A stretch of DNA of 38,580 bases from a virus (Duplodnaviria > Caudoviricetes). Location: positions 1 through 38,580 of the IMG/VR virus record IMGVR_UViG_3300047546_000907. One strand, given 5' to 3'. Positions 27,401-36,601 of the stretch are shown here, one piece after another. How positions within the stretch are numbered: the stretch's first letter is position 1; the number at the start of each line of letters is the position of its first letter. Position numbers and translations under genes: made by a program. The notes beneath the pieces are model-generated. The model made no database searches. It saw nothing but the letters and a program-made list of their open reading frames with translations, and was not told where the DNA came from.

Positions 27401-30400
27401 GAGGGATGTTAAAATTCAAACCACGTAGTAATTGTTTTCCAACACCTAAAGCCTCACTCCAAAAACCACCAGAAAACGATTTATTAATAGATTGTTGTGC
27501 ACCTGCTGCATTTTTTAATTGCTGATAGTTAACATCAATTCCAGAAGATTTTGGAATCTTAATTTTTGATACATCTTGAATTGCAGTTCCAACCCTCTTA
27601 ATGCTTTGCATGCTTGCTGCATTAAGGAAATCAATTCTTGCTTGTATTGTCAAAGGTTCCTTTAAAATATCCTTGCCATTTGGAGCAAGTAGTTGTTGCA
27701 CAGCAGCCTTAATTTGAATCTCATCCGCACCAATTAAGTCTGCTGCTGCTTTAATGTTTGCTGCAATGTCTTTAGGACCTAATCCAAATATTGCTGCTCT
27801 ATTTGCAACATCCATTGCAATAGCATTTACACCACCTGTTTTTCCTTGTGCAGCACCAGCATTAATTGCAGCAGTTGCAGCAGAGTTTTTTTGACTATAA
27901 AAATCAGCAAACGTTCTAACCTTTGCTTCATCTGCTGTAATTAGTCTCTTATTATCTCTGCTAAACTCTGTAGATGATGGCAGAGCCTTATCTCCAATAA
28001 ACTTACCATATTCAAGAATTGCTCTAGCACTACCGTTTCTTGCTTCTGCTTCTTTCTTAGCAGCATCCGCTAATTCTTTTGCTGCCTTCTGTGCTGATTT
28101 ATTAAATGCCCAAATACTTACACCTAACGCAAGAACTGCTGCACCAAGGGCAACAAATGGATTAGATAACATAGGAAGAATCATAGATAATGTTTGGAAT
28201 CCAGCAACTACTGGTGCAATCTTTTGTGCCATATCTCCAATTGGTCCAGGCATAAAAGATGCTGCAAATGTTGCTGCAGACAGTCCCATTGCTACGCCAG
28301 ATGTTTTTTGTGAAAATGCTCTAAAATTTTCTTTTCTTGCAGCATTTCGTTCTTGGAAAGCAGAATATCTTGATGATATGCTATCACGAAAAGCACCGAA
28401 CCTTGATTGTCTTGCAACCATTCCTGGCATACCTAAAAATACTGGTTCAGATTTTGGTGGTGGGTTTGTTTTACCAAGTGCAGATTTAGGAACAATCAAA
28501 CCAGACTGTGTTACTGTTTCATCTACAAGACGTGTTGCTGCCTGAGTAACTGCATCTTTTCTCTGGTTCATTCCAACAATTAAACCATTTGCAATTTCTT
28601 CTCCAATAGGTATAGTTCTTCGAGATGGAGACTCTACACCTGCTGTTTGCCTTACAGTATTTATAATATTATTTGTAGCATCCTCAGCCTGTCTAGTTCT
28701 TGCTCTTCTAAATTCTTCGTACTGTTGTCTTTCTTGCTGAATAAGATCTAGTTGTGATTGAGAAAGATTTTTTCCTGAAACGGTTGGTGCATTCATAACA
28801 GCACTTGCTGCTGGAATTCTTTCATATCCTGGAAGGTGAGAATATTCCCATCCAGTTAAATCTTCATTAGGGAACTGTTGTTTTAAAATTTCTAATTGTC
28901 TAGATGTACCGTAAGTTGTAGGAGCATTTACTCTTTCATCTCTTGGTACCGCTCTTCTTCGTCCTACTTCAAGAACCTTGTTACTACCAACCAAATAATC
29001 GTCTGGATTAATTGGAGATATTCTTTGTCTAAGTGTAGAGAGTTCTTGTTCTGTCAAATCGATAGAATGAGAAATTCTTTCTAATGCTTGTGCTGTTCCT
29101 GTTTGCCATGACTGCACAGATCCATCAAAAGAATCGATTGCTGTATTTAGTTCTGGACCAACCACAGACAATATTTCAGAAACACGTTGTGATGACGCAC
29201 CTAATTGTTCAAGTCCTACTTGAACGTTTGCCAATGAAGATGCACGACCAAGCATACTTTGTAGGAATTCTTGAGTCATTCCTATTGCAGTATCATTTAC
29301 TGATGCAGGAGCCATTGCACCAGCAACCGAATATCTTGCGCTTGTAGCCTCTAGTGGAATTCGAACTCTTTCATTTCCAGTTAATCCCAATGCATCAAGT
29401 AGAGCGTTTCTCTTATCAGCAGTCCAATAAGTTTTATTTCCAGTACCGACACCAGTTGCAAATTTAGGAATATTATTTGCTACAAGAGCATTTACAAGAT
29501 CTGGATTTCTTGCAACAGATCCAGCAGGAATAATTGCTTCTCCATTTGAAACCCTTGCAATAATAGAATCTGATGTTCCAGTGCCAGGGCCAGATATAAT
29601 GCCACCACTAGCATATCCTCTAGGTCCACGTCTTGATTGAGGCAACATCATTCCTGGATTGCTCATAGCAAATCGCTCTGATGCTGCTACTGCTTGTAAG
29701 TATGCATTTTTTAAGTTAAGTACAGCATCTGCTTCTACAACAAATCTTTGTGTTAATTTAGCATGTACCTGATCTAGCGAGTGTGCTACCGCTTCTGCTT
29801 GAATTTGTTCATCTGTTAAAAACTGAGTTTGCTCACCCAATATTTTGGATCCGCCAGTAAGTCTCAAGTAACCGTTACGAATCATGCCCAGCATCTTCAT
29901 AAACTGGCCAGCAAAGTTAGCAAACAAACCTATAAGCATCAAAACCACAGGGCCAATCCCTGCAAAAATTGTAACAATTACAGCAATAACTTTTTTGGTA
30001 TGATCAGATAATCCATTAAACTTATCTGCTAAACCTGTAATAGCATTAAGAATAGGTGTAACTACCTTAATGAAAACTTCACCTATAGGCGCAATAGAAT
30101 TTTTCATTGCTTCTGCTGCTGCCTTAAACTTAGTCATGCTATTTTCTTCAATTGATGCTAATTCTTTTTGTGAAATACGTGAAAGATCTTGTGCAGACAT
30201 TCCAACAAGTTCCATCACTCTTTGTGCTTGAGATCCAGACTTAGCAATGTTATCAAATAGTGCACCAACACGTGCATACTGGAACTTACCAAATAATTGT
30301 TCTAAAACTCTTTGACGTGCTAATGGAGTTAATTCCTTTAATGCATTACCAAGTTCCAGCACTGTACGCATTATATTGCCCTGATTTCTTTCAGTCATCT

Positions 30401-31616
30401 CTTTAAGATTTATTCCAACACCAGCAAGCATTTCTTTTGCTGCTTTTGTTGGATTAATTAAAGAACCAAGTGCTGACTTTAAACCGTTTGCAGCAGATGC
30501 AGCATCAACTCCACCTTCTTGCATTGCAGCCATAAATACTGCGAGATCTTTTACATCTCCACCAAGACCACGAATAATAGGTGCGGTTCTAGGAATTGCT
30601 TGTGTAATATCATCAAGTGATACAACTGTTTGGTTTTCTACTGCGTTAAGGAAGTCAACAGATTCAGCAAGTTGATTATTACTCATCTTAAATGCATTTT
30701 GAAGCGTTATAGTTGCCTGGAATGCTTGTTGTTTATCTATTTCTCCAAGTACGCTAAGTTTAGTTGCTTGTCTAACTGTTTCTTGTAATTTTTCACCTTG
30801 AAAACCTGCTGCTGCTGCATCCGCAGCAATCGCCATTGTGTCTTGAATAGCAACGCCATACTTAGTAAATTCAGAAGCAAGATCTCTAATCATTTGAAGA
30901 TTGGTATCTGTTTCTGTTTTACTTGTCATTAAATCACCATATACACGCTTAAACCTTAATGCTTGTTGCTCAATATCCATAAATATCTTAGATGCCGTTG
31001 ATCCAAAGATAGACAGTGGTACTGTAAAACCAACCATCAACTGACGACCAGCCCACTGAGTATTCTTACCAAAATTAATTAGATTTGTTGTACCCTGGGC
31101 AAGTAACTGATTGAAGAGTTGCTGCCGTTGTGCTGCCATCATTGTCTTTGTTGAATAGTCATTCATATTCATAGACAAAGGAGTGATCGAGATTGCCTTC
31201 ATTGCGCCAGAGGCATCTCTACCAAGTTTTATATATTGTGTCTGTAATTTACGAACACGCTCTTCAGCAACACGATTGATTGTATCAAATTCTGTTCTAA
31301 ACAATTTACCAAATGATTTAGAAGATGCGATGCCATATCTAAAATATTCTCGCATTGAGAACTTATTTTTCTCAAGCGATGTTGTGAATGATTCTGCAGC
31401 AGTTTTGATTGTTCTTATTTGTGCAGCAAATTGCCCAGTCGCATTTACAGAATTAAGAAAATCTTGTTGTAATTGACGCTGAGCAATTGAAGCAGAAGCA
31501 CTAGACTTTGCAATTGAAGAGTGGAAAAGGGATATCTGACGTTGTAGGCTCTTTAGTTCAGCAAGAGCAGCGGACGTGTCGATATTAACGCTAATATTAG
31601 CATTAACATCACTCAT
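24477..31616 (-). CDS. Tape measure protein
   Basis: 2379 aa, Ala/Gln-rich helical core, two hydrophobic segments, SPSR motif, C-terminal GTDTVPAMLTPGEFV. Confidence 0.95.
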   Translation of the reverse strand: MSDVNANISVNIDTSAALAELKSLQRQISLFHSSIAKSSASASIAQRQLQQDFLNSVNATGQFAAQIRTIKTAAESFTTSLEKNKFSMREYFRYGIASSKSFGKLFRTEFDTINRVAEERVRKLQTQYIKLGRDASGAMKAISITPLSMNMNDYSTKTMMAAQRQQLFNQLLAQGTTNLINFGKNTQWAGRQLMVGFTVPLSIFGSTASKIFMDIEQQALRFKRVYGDLMTSKTETDTNLQMIRDLASEFTKYGVAIQDTMAIAADAAAAGFQGEKLQETVRQATKLSVLGEIDKQQAFQATITLQNAFKMSNNQLAESVDFLNAVENQTVVSLDDITQAIPRTAPIIRGLGGDVKDLAVFMAAMQEGGVDAASAANGLKSALGSLINPTKAAKEMLAGVGINLKEMTERNQGNIMRTVLELGNALKELTPLARQRVLEQLFGKFQYARVGALFDNIAKSGSQAQRVMELVGMSAQDLSRISQKELASIEENSMTKFKAAAEAMKNSIAPIGEVFIKVVTPILNAITGLADKFNGLSDHTKKVIAVIVTIFAGIGPVVLMLIGLFANFAGQFMKMLGMIRNGYLRLTGGSKILGEQTQFLTDEQIQAEAVAHSLDQVHAKLTQRFVVEADAVLNLKNAYLQAVAASERFAMSNPGMMLPQSRRGPRGYASGGIISGPGTGTSDSIIARVSNGEAIIPAGSVARNPDLVNALVANNIPKFATGVGTGNKTYWTADKRNALLDALGLTGNERVRIPLEATSARYSVAGAMAPASVNDTAIGMTQEFLQSMLGRASSLANVQVGLEQLGASSQRVSEILSVVGPELNTAIDSFDGSVQSWQTGTAQALERISHSIDLTEQELSTLRQRISPINPDDYLVGSNKVLEVGRRRAVPRDERVNAPTTYGTSRQLEILKQQFPNEDLTGWEYSHLPGYERIPAASAVMNAPTVSGKNLSQSQLDLIQQERQQYEEFRRARTRQAEDATNNIINTVRQTAGVESPSRRTIPIGEEIANGLIVGMNQRKDAVTQAATRLVDETVTQSGLIVPKSALGKTNPPPKSEPVFLGMPGMVARQSRFGAFRDSISSRYSAFQERNAARKENFRAFSQKTSGVAMGLSAATFAASFMPGPIGDMAQKIAPVVAGFQTLSMILPMLSNPFVALGAAVLALGVSIWAFNKSAQKAAKELADAAKKEAEARNGSARAILEYGKFIGDKALPSSTEFSRDNKRLITADEAKVRTFADFYSQKNSAATAAINAGAAQGKTGGVNAIAMDVANRAAIFGLGPKDIAANIKAAADLIGADEIQIKAAVQQLLAPNGKDILKEPLTIQARIDFLNAASMQSIKRVGTAIQDVSKIKIPKSSGIDVNYQQLKNAAGAQQSINKSFSGGFWSEALGVGKQLLRGLNFNIPLEIDSLKIYKDLQSKVQLASMQLDLAFQQQTQSLAILNQQYADGTIKQEDYNKQFDAIWNNFAGIGSSTVELIKALDKIDSSGELAKDSLADLATQVFSTLEKTNPKFAKRIKDDLAKLPKNTQISLMMGFAAGSLTMMDLVLIPKILEQISGKEYSVAIKIIQTSDLSKGAIAKMTQEQAEAELKKVQRALQSDTSNSNLRLTEAALKKTIAEAKKAQEEAAKVLQNPKETNGTKTTTDTTANARKSLFTDELMKKLKMFKLESINALGSYNDFVKALSKDMTGFKGMDNLLRGAGATQEAIDIINNIDSETLKTLGDRIYKLKDGKIIFGDLGKAILQFTKENSLMTFVDQQQQIVINTKEQATAFGKLQKAGLSATQILAVLENAALTANIAAEDINSNDFKQFIEGAKAGSEATKQLAKDLKAAKFAAQQEQETEADKVNQYFKYQEVIVKQKQRQNFIEKQGMTPEKYQKQIALQEDVVKAKQKEVDAINESINAKQEEIALWNRGLDLIGREEDKINEAYKKRTDAIDSQIEALNKVKDINSKLAEQEKQKTSLADALSQGDISAAAQIAQDMQAKAAENSTQASIDALQERKKQLEIQQQKEIEKIQVDINGVLYTRTQLQEMVRNKEDEIYTIQQTTLKKAQDLVKAEQDKLDKMNEVINTFNTDMQNAIDAIVDKQGRSKAEWDLITEAVNATNDYLDTMVIDLDDVASGVTSVEQAWNAVTAAINGAIAAQAAFKAGTGGSGGGGGGGGGGGSQNPGNIDAVNKTVNDASKKMIEEIKSGTTVTKTPSQIANEMATALLSDAKATAALGGTAGALSSARYTGQALQYAAQEAARLKAEADAKAKAEAQKAISQQAYLAYRTGERYMSSGGLVPKYFASGGLSRGTDTVPAMLTPGEFVMSRYAVNNFGLDRMRAINNGKSTGDSMYNYNLTVNAQSDASPEDIAQTVMAQLRRIDSQKLRGQRV
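25118..25161 (-). repeat. Poly-Gly coding repeat (GGN)n in the tape measure
   Basis: Encodes GTGGSGGGGGGGGGGG. Confidence 0.8.
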
Positions 31617-31642
31617 TCATTTCCACCTCTTTATTTTATAAA

Positions 31643-31972
31643 TTAGGCATCTGTATTAATTGAAATACCCAGTGGGCTTTCATTTAACTTAATGCCTGAA
31701 GCAACATCTACAATCTTATAAACCGTTGGAAGGTCAATATTAGATTCTAGTTTTGCCAGATCTTCTGCCAATTCTGGCTTGTATTGCTGAAGTGCAATCT
31801 GTACACATTCCATTAAAACGCTCATTGATTTATCATTATCATCCGCAACCTTGGCGATTTTATCAAATGTTTTCATAAACTTGCGAAGTAGTGCGATGCT
31901 CAGTGGACGTAGTTCAATTTCTGTCCCATCAACTAATGTCACTATTTCTTTTTCATGTACTGTAGTTGTCAT
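31643..31972 (-). CDS. Tail assembly chaperone, short gpG-like paralog
   Basis: Lies between major tail and tape measure and aligns with the N-terminal half of 32020..32703. GGAGG SD. Confidence 0.8.
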   Translation of the reverse strand: MTTTVHEKEIVTLVDGTEIELRPLSIALLRKFMKTFDKIAKVADDNDKSMSVLMECVQIALQQYKPELAEDLAKLESNIDLPTVYKIVDVASGIKLNESPLGISINTDA

Positions 31973-31998
31973 TTATTCCTCCGTTATTGACTTAACTA

Positions 31999-32007
31999 AT
32001 TATATCA
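31999..32007 (-). promoter_or_regulatory. Extended -10 promoter TGA-TATAAT for the short chaperone and tape measure
   Basis: In the 47-nt intergenic gap. Confidence 0.6.
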
Positions 32008-32019
32008 TAAAGGGCCAAA

Positions 32020-32703
32020 TTACGAATCTATCTTTTCGTAATCTAAGCCCAAACCTATTCCAAATCCTGCTGTTTGTGCATTTTGACCTTGTAAAGATAA
32101 AATATCATTAGAATCCTTAGTTTGTCCTTTACTAAATACTCTAGCCTTAAGATCTTCCCAAGCATTACTCTTACCAGTCTGCTCATCTAAATCTACACCT
32201 TGTAAGGCTGCACTAAATTTCTTTGTTTCATAATCTAGTTCCCTCTTTGTAGAAAGAATTGCCAATAGTTCTGGCATAGATATAGAGTTTTCTAGTTCTT
32301 CAAAATTTTTCCATATACCTGTCAAAAATACCTCTGACTCTAGTTTGGCAATATCCATAGTTGCCCAGGTACTACCTTCAGCACTTTTTATAGAACTTTG
32401 TTTTTCATCATTTTTGGCAATCTTAATATCTGCTGAATACTCAATTATTTTATAAAGTGTTTTAATATCAAATGCCAGGGATAGTTCTTCTATATTATTA
32501 AATACTCCTGGTGCAAATTGTGACATAGAAATAAGTGCACATTCTAATAATACGTCTATTGATGCTTCATTATCTTTGGCTGAATGCACAGTCTCAAACT
32601 TTTCCATAAAATCGTGCATGTATCGTATTTTTAATGGGGCAATTAAATATTCATTACCTTGAATATCAAATACAGTATTAATATTATAAATCTTAATTGC
32701 CAT
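32020..32703 (-). CDS. Tail assembly chaperone, long gpGT-like in-frame fusion
   Basis: G-like N-terminal domain, linker, then a T-like domain (GIWKNFEELENSISMPEL). Confidence 0.8.
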   Translation of the reverse strand: MAIKIYNINTVFDIQGNEYLIAPLKIRYMHDFMEKFETVHSAKDNEASIDVLLECALISMSQFAPGVFNNIEELSLAFDIKTLYKIIEYSADIKIAKNDEKQSSIKSAEGSTWATMDIAKLESEVFLTGIWKNFEELENSISMPELLAILSTKRELDYETKKFSAALQGVDLDEQTGKSNAWEDLKARVFSKGQTKDSNDILSLQGQNAQTAGFGIGLGLDYEKIDS

Positions 32704-32709
32704 CTATAT

Positions 32710-32718
32710 ATTGTACCA
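32710..32718 (-). promoter_or_regulatory. Extended -10 promoter TGG-TACAAT, leaderless geometry
   Basis: Exactly 6 nt before the ATG at 32703, with no SD. Confidence 0.6.
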
Positions 32719-32721
32719 AAT

Positions 32722-32752
32722 GACAAAACCCACCATTTCTGGTGGGTCTGTC
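32722..32752 (-). terminator. Rho-independent terminator after the major tail gene
   Basis: ACCCACCA-GAAA-TGGTGGGT stem with a GNRA loop, followed by TTTGTCATTT. Confidence 0.85.
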
Positions 32753-32770
32753 TATTAAATTGTATTTCTG

Positions 32771-33400
32771 TTATGCGAAAGTACGATCCACAATCTTTCC
32801 ATAAGATCCTGATGTATCTTCTGGAAGTAGACGGAATGTTACTTCGAATTCAGTTGCTGTATCACGCTTTGCAGATACTGTAACATTTTCAATTGAAAGT
32901 GCACGATATGCTGCGTAAACACGTTCTACGCTAGTTGTGTCGCAATCTCCAGTTCCTGGACCTACCGCAACCAATCCACGCTCAACTGGGCATTCGCCAA
33001 GTCGACCTGCTGAAAGTGTCAAAGTTTGTCCTGCGCTTGTAGACTTGCCTGCGTCATCACCGAGATCGGCTGAAGCACCTGCTGTTGCAAGAAGTAGGTT
33101 TTCAAGTGTTGCTTCTGCAAAAGATGTCTTTAGGGACACTTGCATTCCTTGCTTGTAAAGTTTAGCAACGTCAAGAACCTGATCTACTTTTACTTCACCG
33201 AAATCTGGTTGGAATTGAAGTTCCAAACCATTGTTTGTATAACCAACATTTCTCCAGTCAGCATCTGCGGACAAGGTTTCCTTGTACGAAGTACCGCTTG
33301 CGAATGCTGGAAGATCGTCGCTAGTCAAAGTTGTATCTGCAACGAATAACGCAGCAGCACCAACGATGATTTGTTTCGAATCACCTGCTTGATAAGCCAT
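32771..33400 (-). CDS. Major tail (tube) protein
   Basis: IIVGAAALF, WRNVGYTNNGLEL, VDQ..D, FAEATLENL. GAGGTGA SD; followed by a terminator. Confidence 0.9.
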   Translation of the reverse strand: MAYQAGDSKQIIVGAAALFVADTTLTSDDLPAFASGTSYKETLSADADWRNVGYTNNGLELQFQPDFGEVKVDQVLDVAKLYKQGMQVSLKTSFAEATLENLLLATAGASADLGDDAGKSTSAGQTLTLSAGRLGECPVERGLVAVGPGTGDCDTTSVERVYAAYRALSIENVTVSAKRDTATEFEVTFRLLPEDTSGSYGKIVDRTFA

Positions 33401-33450
33401 ATTTTCACCTCTTCTGTTTTAATGAAAGTAGGCGTGTTTCCTCATTCATA

Positions 33451-33459
33451 AGTATAACA
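33451..33459 (-). promoter_or_regulatory. Extended -10 promoter TGT-TATACT for the major tail gene
   Basis: Intergenic, 50 nt upstream of the ATG. Confidence 0.6.
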
Positions 33460-33465
33460 GCCTTT

Positions 33466-34092
33466 TTAAGATTTATGCCAGTCATAATCTATGATTATCT
33501 TGTTACCTGCGTAAGTTCTGGCGGTTCCAAAGTCAATAAGGTCTCTGGTCTCTTCCAGTTGATAGACCCTGGTTCTATGGAAAAATGGGATCATGATTGC
33601 CGTGTCTGTAAACATGGCAGTTTTAAATTTTTTAATATTTGGGTCAGCGATTTGTTCTGGTGTAGCATTTTGTCCATTTAATAAGACTAGTGGTCCAGGA
33701 TGTAATTCTTGATACTGGTTTATCCATATATTTAGTGCTTGTGCAGATTCATCTTCTGAATCTAGGTTATCTTGAATCTGTTGCGTAATTTCAATAATCT
33801 TAGGTGCTGCAATTTCATCTATTGCATAAAAATAGTACAGTAGTTGTTCTGATTTAATATGTGGAAATGGTGTTCTTCTCATTTTTAACATTCTGTCATA
33901 GATGGCAAAACTTCCATTAAAACCATATCTAACACTAGGATCATCTCCTACTAGTTGATCCATAGTAAAACCATATGCAATATTTGGATCAGTTGGCATT
34001 GATGGGTACATTGGATTTGCACCAAAGCCATTTGATGCCAATTTTTCTTGTAAGTATCTATTTATAAATGTTGGTGGATGATATATAGCCAT
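33466..34092 (-). CDS. Probable tail terminator/completion protein
   Basis: Position immediately upstream of the major tail gene; 208 aa. Confidence 0.55.
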   Translation of the reverse strand: MAIYHPPTFINRYLQEKLASNGFGANPMYPSMPTDPNIAYGFTMDQLVGDDPSVRYGFNGSFAIYDRMLKMRRTPFPHIKSEQLLYYFYAIDEIAAPKIIEITQQIQDNLDSEDESAQALNIWINQYQELHPGPLVLLNGQNATPEQIADPNIKKFKTAMFTDTAIMIPFFHRTRVYQLEETRDLIDFGTARTYAGNKIIIDYDWHKS

Positions 34093-34766
34093 TATGCTCC
34101 TACCTTTATATTAGCAATCCAACGATATCCAGTTTCTAATCCCTTGTTACGACCCATCTTAGAACCTGATCTAATATTATTTTTATATGCGGTTGGTGTA
34201 CCTAGTTCGGACAGTATACCGCTTGATCTTAAAAATGCTTGTGTAAAATATCTAGAAAAGAAAGAGTCAAATGTTTTTTCAAACTGTCCTTCGGTATTTC
34301 CTCCAGGATTGTTTACAGTTACTGGATTTTTAGTAAATACTTCATCTTTGCCAACCTGAAATCTAAGTGCTTGTGCATTTTTAGGTGCAATTGTTACAGA
34401 CATTCCAGTTTCCATAATATTTGCTTTATTATAAAATGGTTCTCTGGATCCATTTTGAATGCTTCGTGACTGACTAAAGGTAGACTTAAAAGATAGTCCA
34501 AGGTTACTTACAGTATATTGAATATCAAATAGTCTGGCTTGTGGACTTCCTGTTTCATACCATTCGTATACATGGTGCAAAGATGCTGGATTAACTCTTG
34601 CGCTAGAGTCAACGTATTCTTTTAATAGTGTAACTACTTCGTTACCTAATTTATTTAAAAATATATTTTTACCTTTTTTGACACCATCTAAAAACCCAAT
34701 AGAGTATTCTACTATGTTACGCATTTCAGACATAAAAAATTTATCATCAAGTTTTACATTTATCAT
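34092..34766 (-). CDS. Neck/tail completion protein (HK97 gp10-like position)
   Basis: Synteny plus the IAPKNAQALRF...VNNPG motif. Confidence 0.55.
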   Translation of the reverse strand: MINVKLDDKFFMSEMRNIVEYSIGFLDGVKKGKNIFLNKLGNEVVTLLKEYVDSSARVNPASLHHVYEWYETGSPQARLFDIQYTVSNLGLSFKSTFSQSRSIQNGSREPFYNKANIMETGMSVTIAPKNAQALRFQVGKDEVFTKNPVTVNNPGGNTEGQFEKTFDSFFSRYFTQAFLRSSGILSELGTPTAYKNNIRSGSKMGRNKGLETGYRWIANIKVGA

Positions 34767-35209
34767 AAATCTACTCCCTGATTTTCTGATCTACGTAATA
34801 CAACTTTATAATATTCTACTCCGCCAAAAGGTCCTACGATTGGTTCTTGTGATGCTATTTCAAAAATTGTAGATTTGCCTGCTCTTATGCCTGCTGTTTC
34901 TAAATAAATGTTTTCACAATTTCTATCACGAATATTACTAATAACAATATTGGTTAGTGAGGTTTTTGCATCTCTAGTTGATATTCTAAGATCACTTTTA
35001 ACTCGTCCAGACAATATAAGTGTTTGTGTTATATTTACATTAGGTTTAATGTCTTCTTGTGCTGCGCCACCAGGTGAAGCAAAACTACATACAATTGTTT
35101 TATCATGCATCCATTGTTTTTTTACATTTCCATATGCGCCTTGCTCTACAGTTGGATAAAACACATCTGCTTGTAACGGAAATATAAAATCTGGCTCTTC
35201 GCAGATCAT
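34763..35209 (-). CDS. Head-to-tail stopper/closure protein
   Basis: Synteny; GAYGNVKKQW and a C-terminal YYKVVLRR beta pattern. Confidence 0.6.
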   Translation of the reverse strand: MICEEPDFIFPLQADVFYPTVEQGAYGNVKKQWMHDKTIVCSFASPGGAAQEDIKPNVNITQTLILSGRVKSDLRISTRDAKTSLTNIVISNIRDRNCENIYLETAGIRAGKSTIFEIASQEPIVGPFGGVEYYKVVLRRSENQGVDL

Positions 35210-36129
35210 TACAATACCCCAATTTTTTGAATAGACTTATCATACTTTTCAAGTATTTTGTCTACAACAGTATTTCCTGTTCCCTCAAACATCTTCTTAT
35301 CAAACTGTATTCTATATTGATCAGTTATATATGACTGAACATATCTCTTATAGTAATCTAGTTTACCGCATTTAATGTCTTCAATTAACATTTTGGTTGC
35401 TGCTACTACATCTGCTGGAACAACTTTATACCCAACATCCATTACAACCGTATAGTCAAAACCTTTAGGAAAATCACCTATTCTATAACCAACAAAACCT
35501 AGATCTCCAGATGATCCAATAATCTTAGTTGGATTATATTCCATTCTATTGCGTTCATCTGTTGCAGTCGCTTTTTCTGTTCTATAAATTCCAGAATTAT
35601 CTAATAAAATATCATATGAATATGCATAATTATCTGCATTATCTACATCATAAACAAGAATATTGTTTTCATAAACTTTTAATACACGATTACTATCATG
35701 CCATAATGGTAGATAATCTGTACCTTGTCCAACAACATTTAAAACCAACTTGTGGTTATAAAAACCATCTCCAACACATGTATCAATAATAGATCTTGCT
35801 ACAAGTTCTAAATTCTTATATTCTTGAATATCTGAAGCAGTATCGCCAAACTCGCTTGGATTTACGTATGGTCGAATTATAGAAAGGTTATCTTCGTGTA
35901 AAACATGCTCATGCTCTGCATCATAAAATCTAATTAAAAAGTTTCTATCAAATTGCACTTTTGTAAGTGGCAATTCATATAGCAATTTGCCATTTTCATC
36001 TGACATAATGCTAGTTTCTTCAATTGAGTGATCCACCAAATCCTCAACATACACAATATACTCATAGTTTGCTATGGGCAATGTCCATGTGGTTGTTAAA
36101 GGATAAGGCGGAACTCTCAGTACTTCCAT
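35209..36129 (-). CDS. Head-to-tail adaptor
   Basis: ARSIIDTCVG, GYKVVPADVVAAT, VDKILEKY; SPP1 gp15/HK97 gp6-like pattern with an extra N-terminal domain. Confidence 0.7.
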   Translation of the reverse strand: MEVLRVPPYPLTTTWTLPIANYEYIVYVEDLVDHSIEETSIMSDENGKLLYELPLTKVQFDRNFLIRFYDAEHEHVLHEDNLSIIRPYVNPSEFGDTASDIQEYKNLELVARSIIDTCVGDGFYNHKLVLNVVGQGTDYLPLWHDSNRVLKVYENNILVYDVDNADNYAYSYDILLDNSGIYRTEKATATDERNRMEYNPTKIIGSSGDLGFVGYRIGDFPKGFDYTVVMDVGYKVVPADVVAATKMLIEDIKCGKLDYYKRYVQSYITDQYRIQFDKKMFEGTGNTVVDKILEKYDKSIQKIGVL

Positions 36130-36131
36130 CT

Positions 36132-36581
36132 TTAATTACCGTGCTCTTTGTCAATTTCGTCTTGTGTGGCTTTGCGAACGCCATCTCTAGATAGCCATTT
36201 ATCTTCTACATCTTTTGCAACAACGTTAAAACCTTTATTTAGATTTCCAACACCGCTCCAAAATACGCTGCGTTCTGCAACGACATAAGAAACTTCCTTT
36301 TTGGCTGCTGAGGCCTTCTTCTTTGCAGGTGCTTTTGGTGTCACTTTTGAAACTCCAATTACCCCATTTGCAACATATCCTAAAGCATCTTTGCCTTCTG
36401 CATCTGGTGCAGGAGTGGATACAGCAGATATGAAAGAAGGTTCTGGCTTTGGTTCTTCTGCCTTTGGTTCTTCTACAACTGGTTCCTCAACCTTTGGCTC
36501 TTCTTGTGCCTCTGGTTCGTCTTTAACTAGTTGATCTAAAGTCGCATCGAGTTCAGCGTCATTATTAAAATTTTCTGACAT
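36132..36581 (-). CDS. Hypothetical virion-associated protein with EEP repeats
   Basis: EEPKVEEPVVEEPKAEEPKPEP, a basic linker and a small C-terminal domain. GGAGGT SD. Confidence 0.7.
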   Translation of the reverse strand: MSENFNNDAELDATLDQLVKDEPEAQEEPKVEEPVVEEPKAEEPKPEPSFISAVSTPAPDAEGKDALGYVANGVIGVSKVTPKAPAKKKASAAKKEVSYVVAERSVFWSGVGNLNKGFNVVAKDVEDKWLSRDGVRKATQDEIDKEHGN

Positions 36582-36601
36582 ATTATTACCTCCAATGTTA
36601 T

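Noticed and set aside
32395-32420. A-rich run (GCC AAA AAT GAT GAA AAA C) at the G/T junction as a slippery site
   Set aside because: Does not form an in-frame X XXY YYZ heptamer, and the T domain is already in frame.
33405-33450. Structured RNA in the major tail 5' UTR
   Set aside because: Only a weak AATGA/TCATT pairing; not supportable without covariation data.
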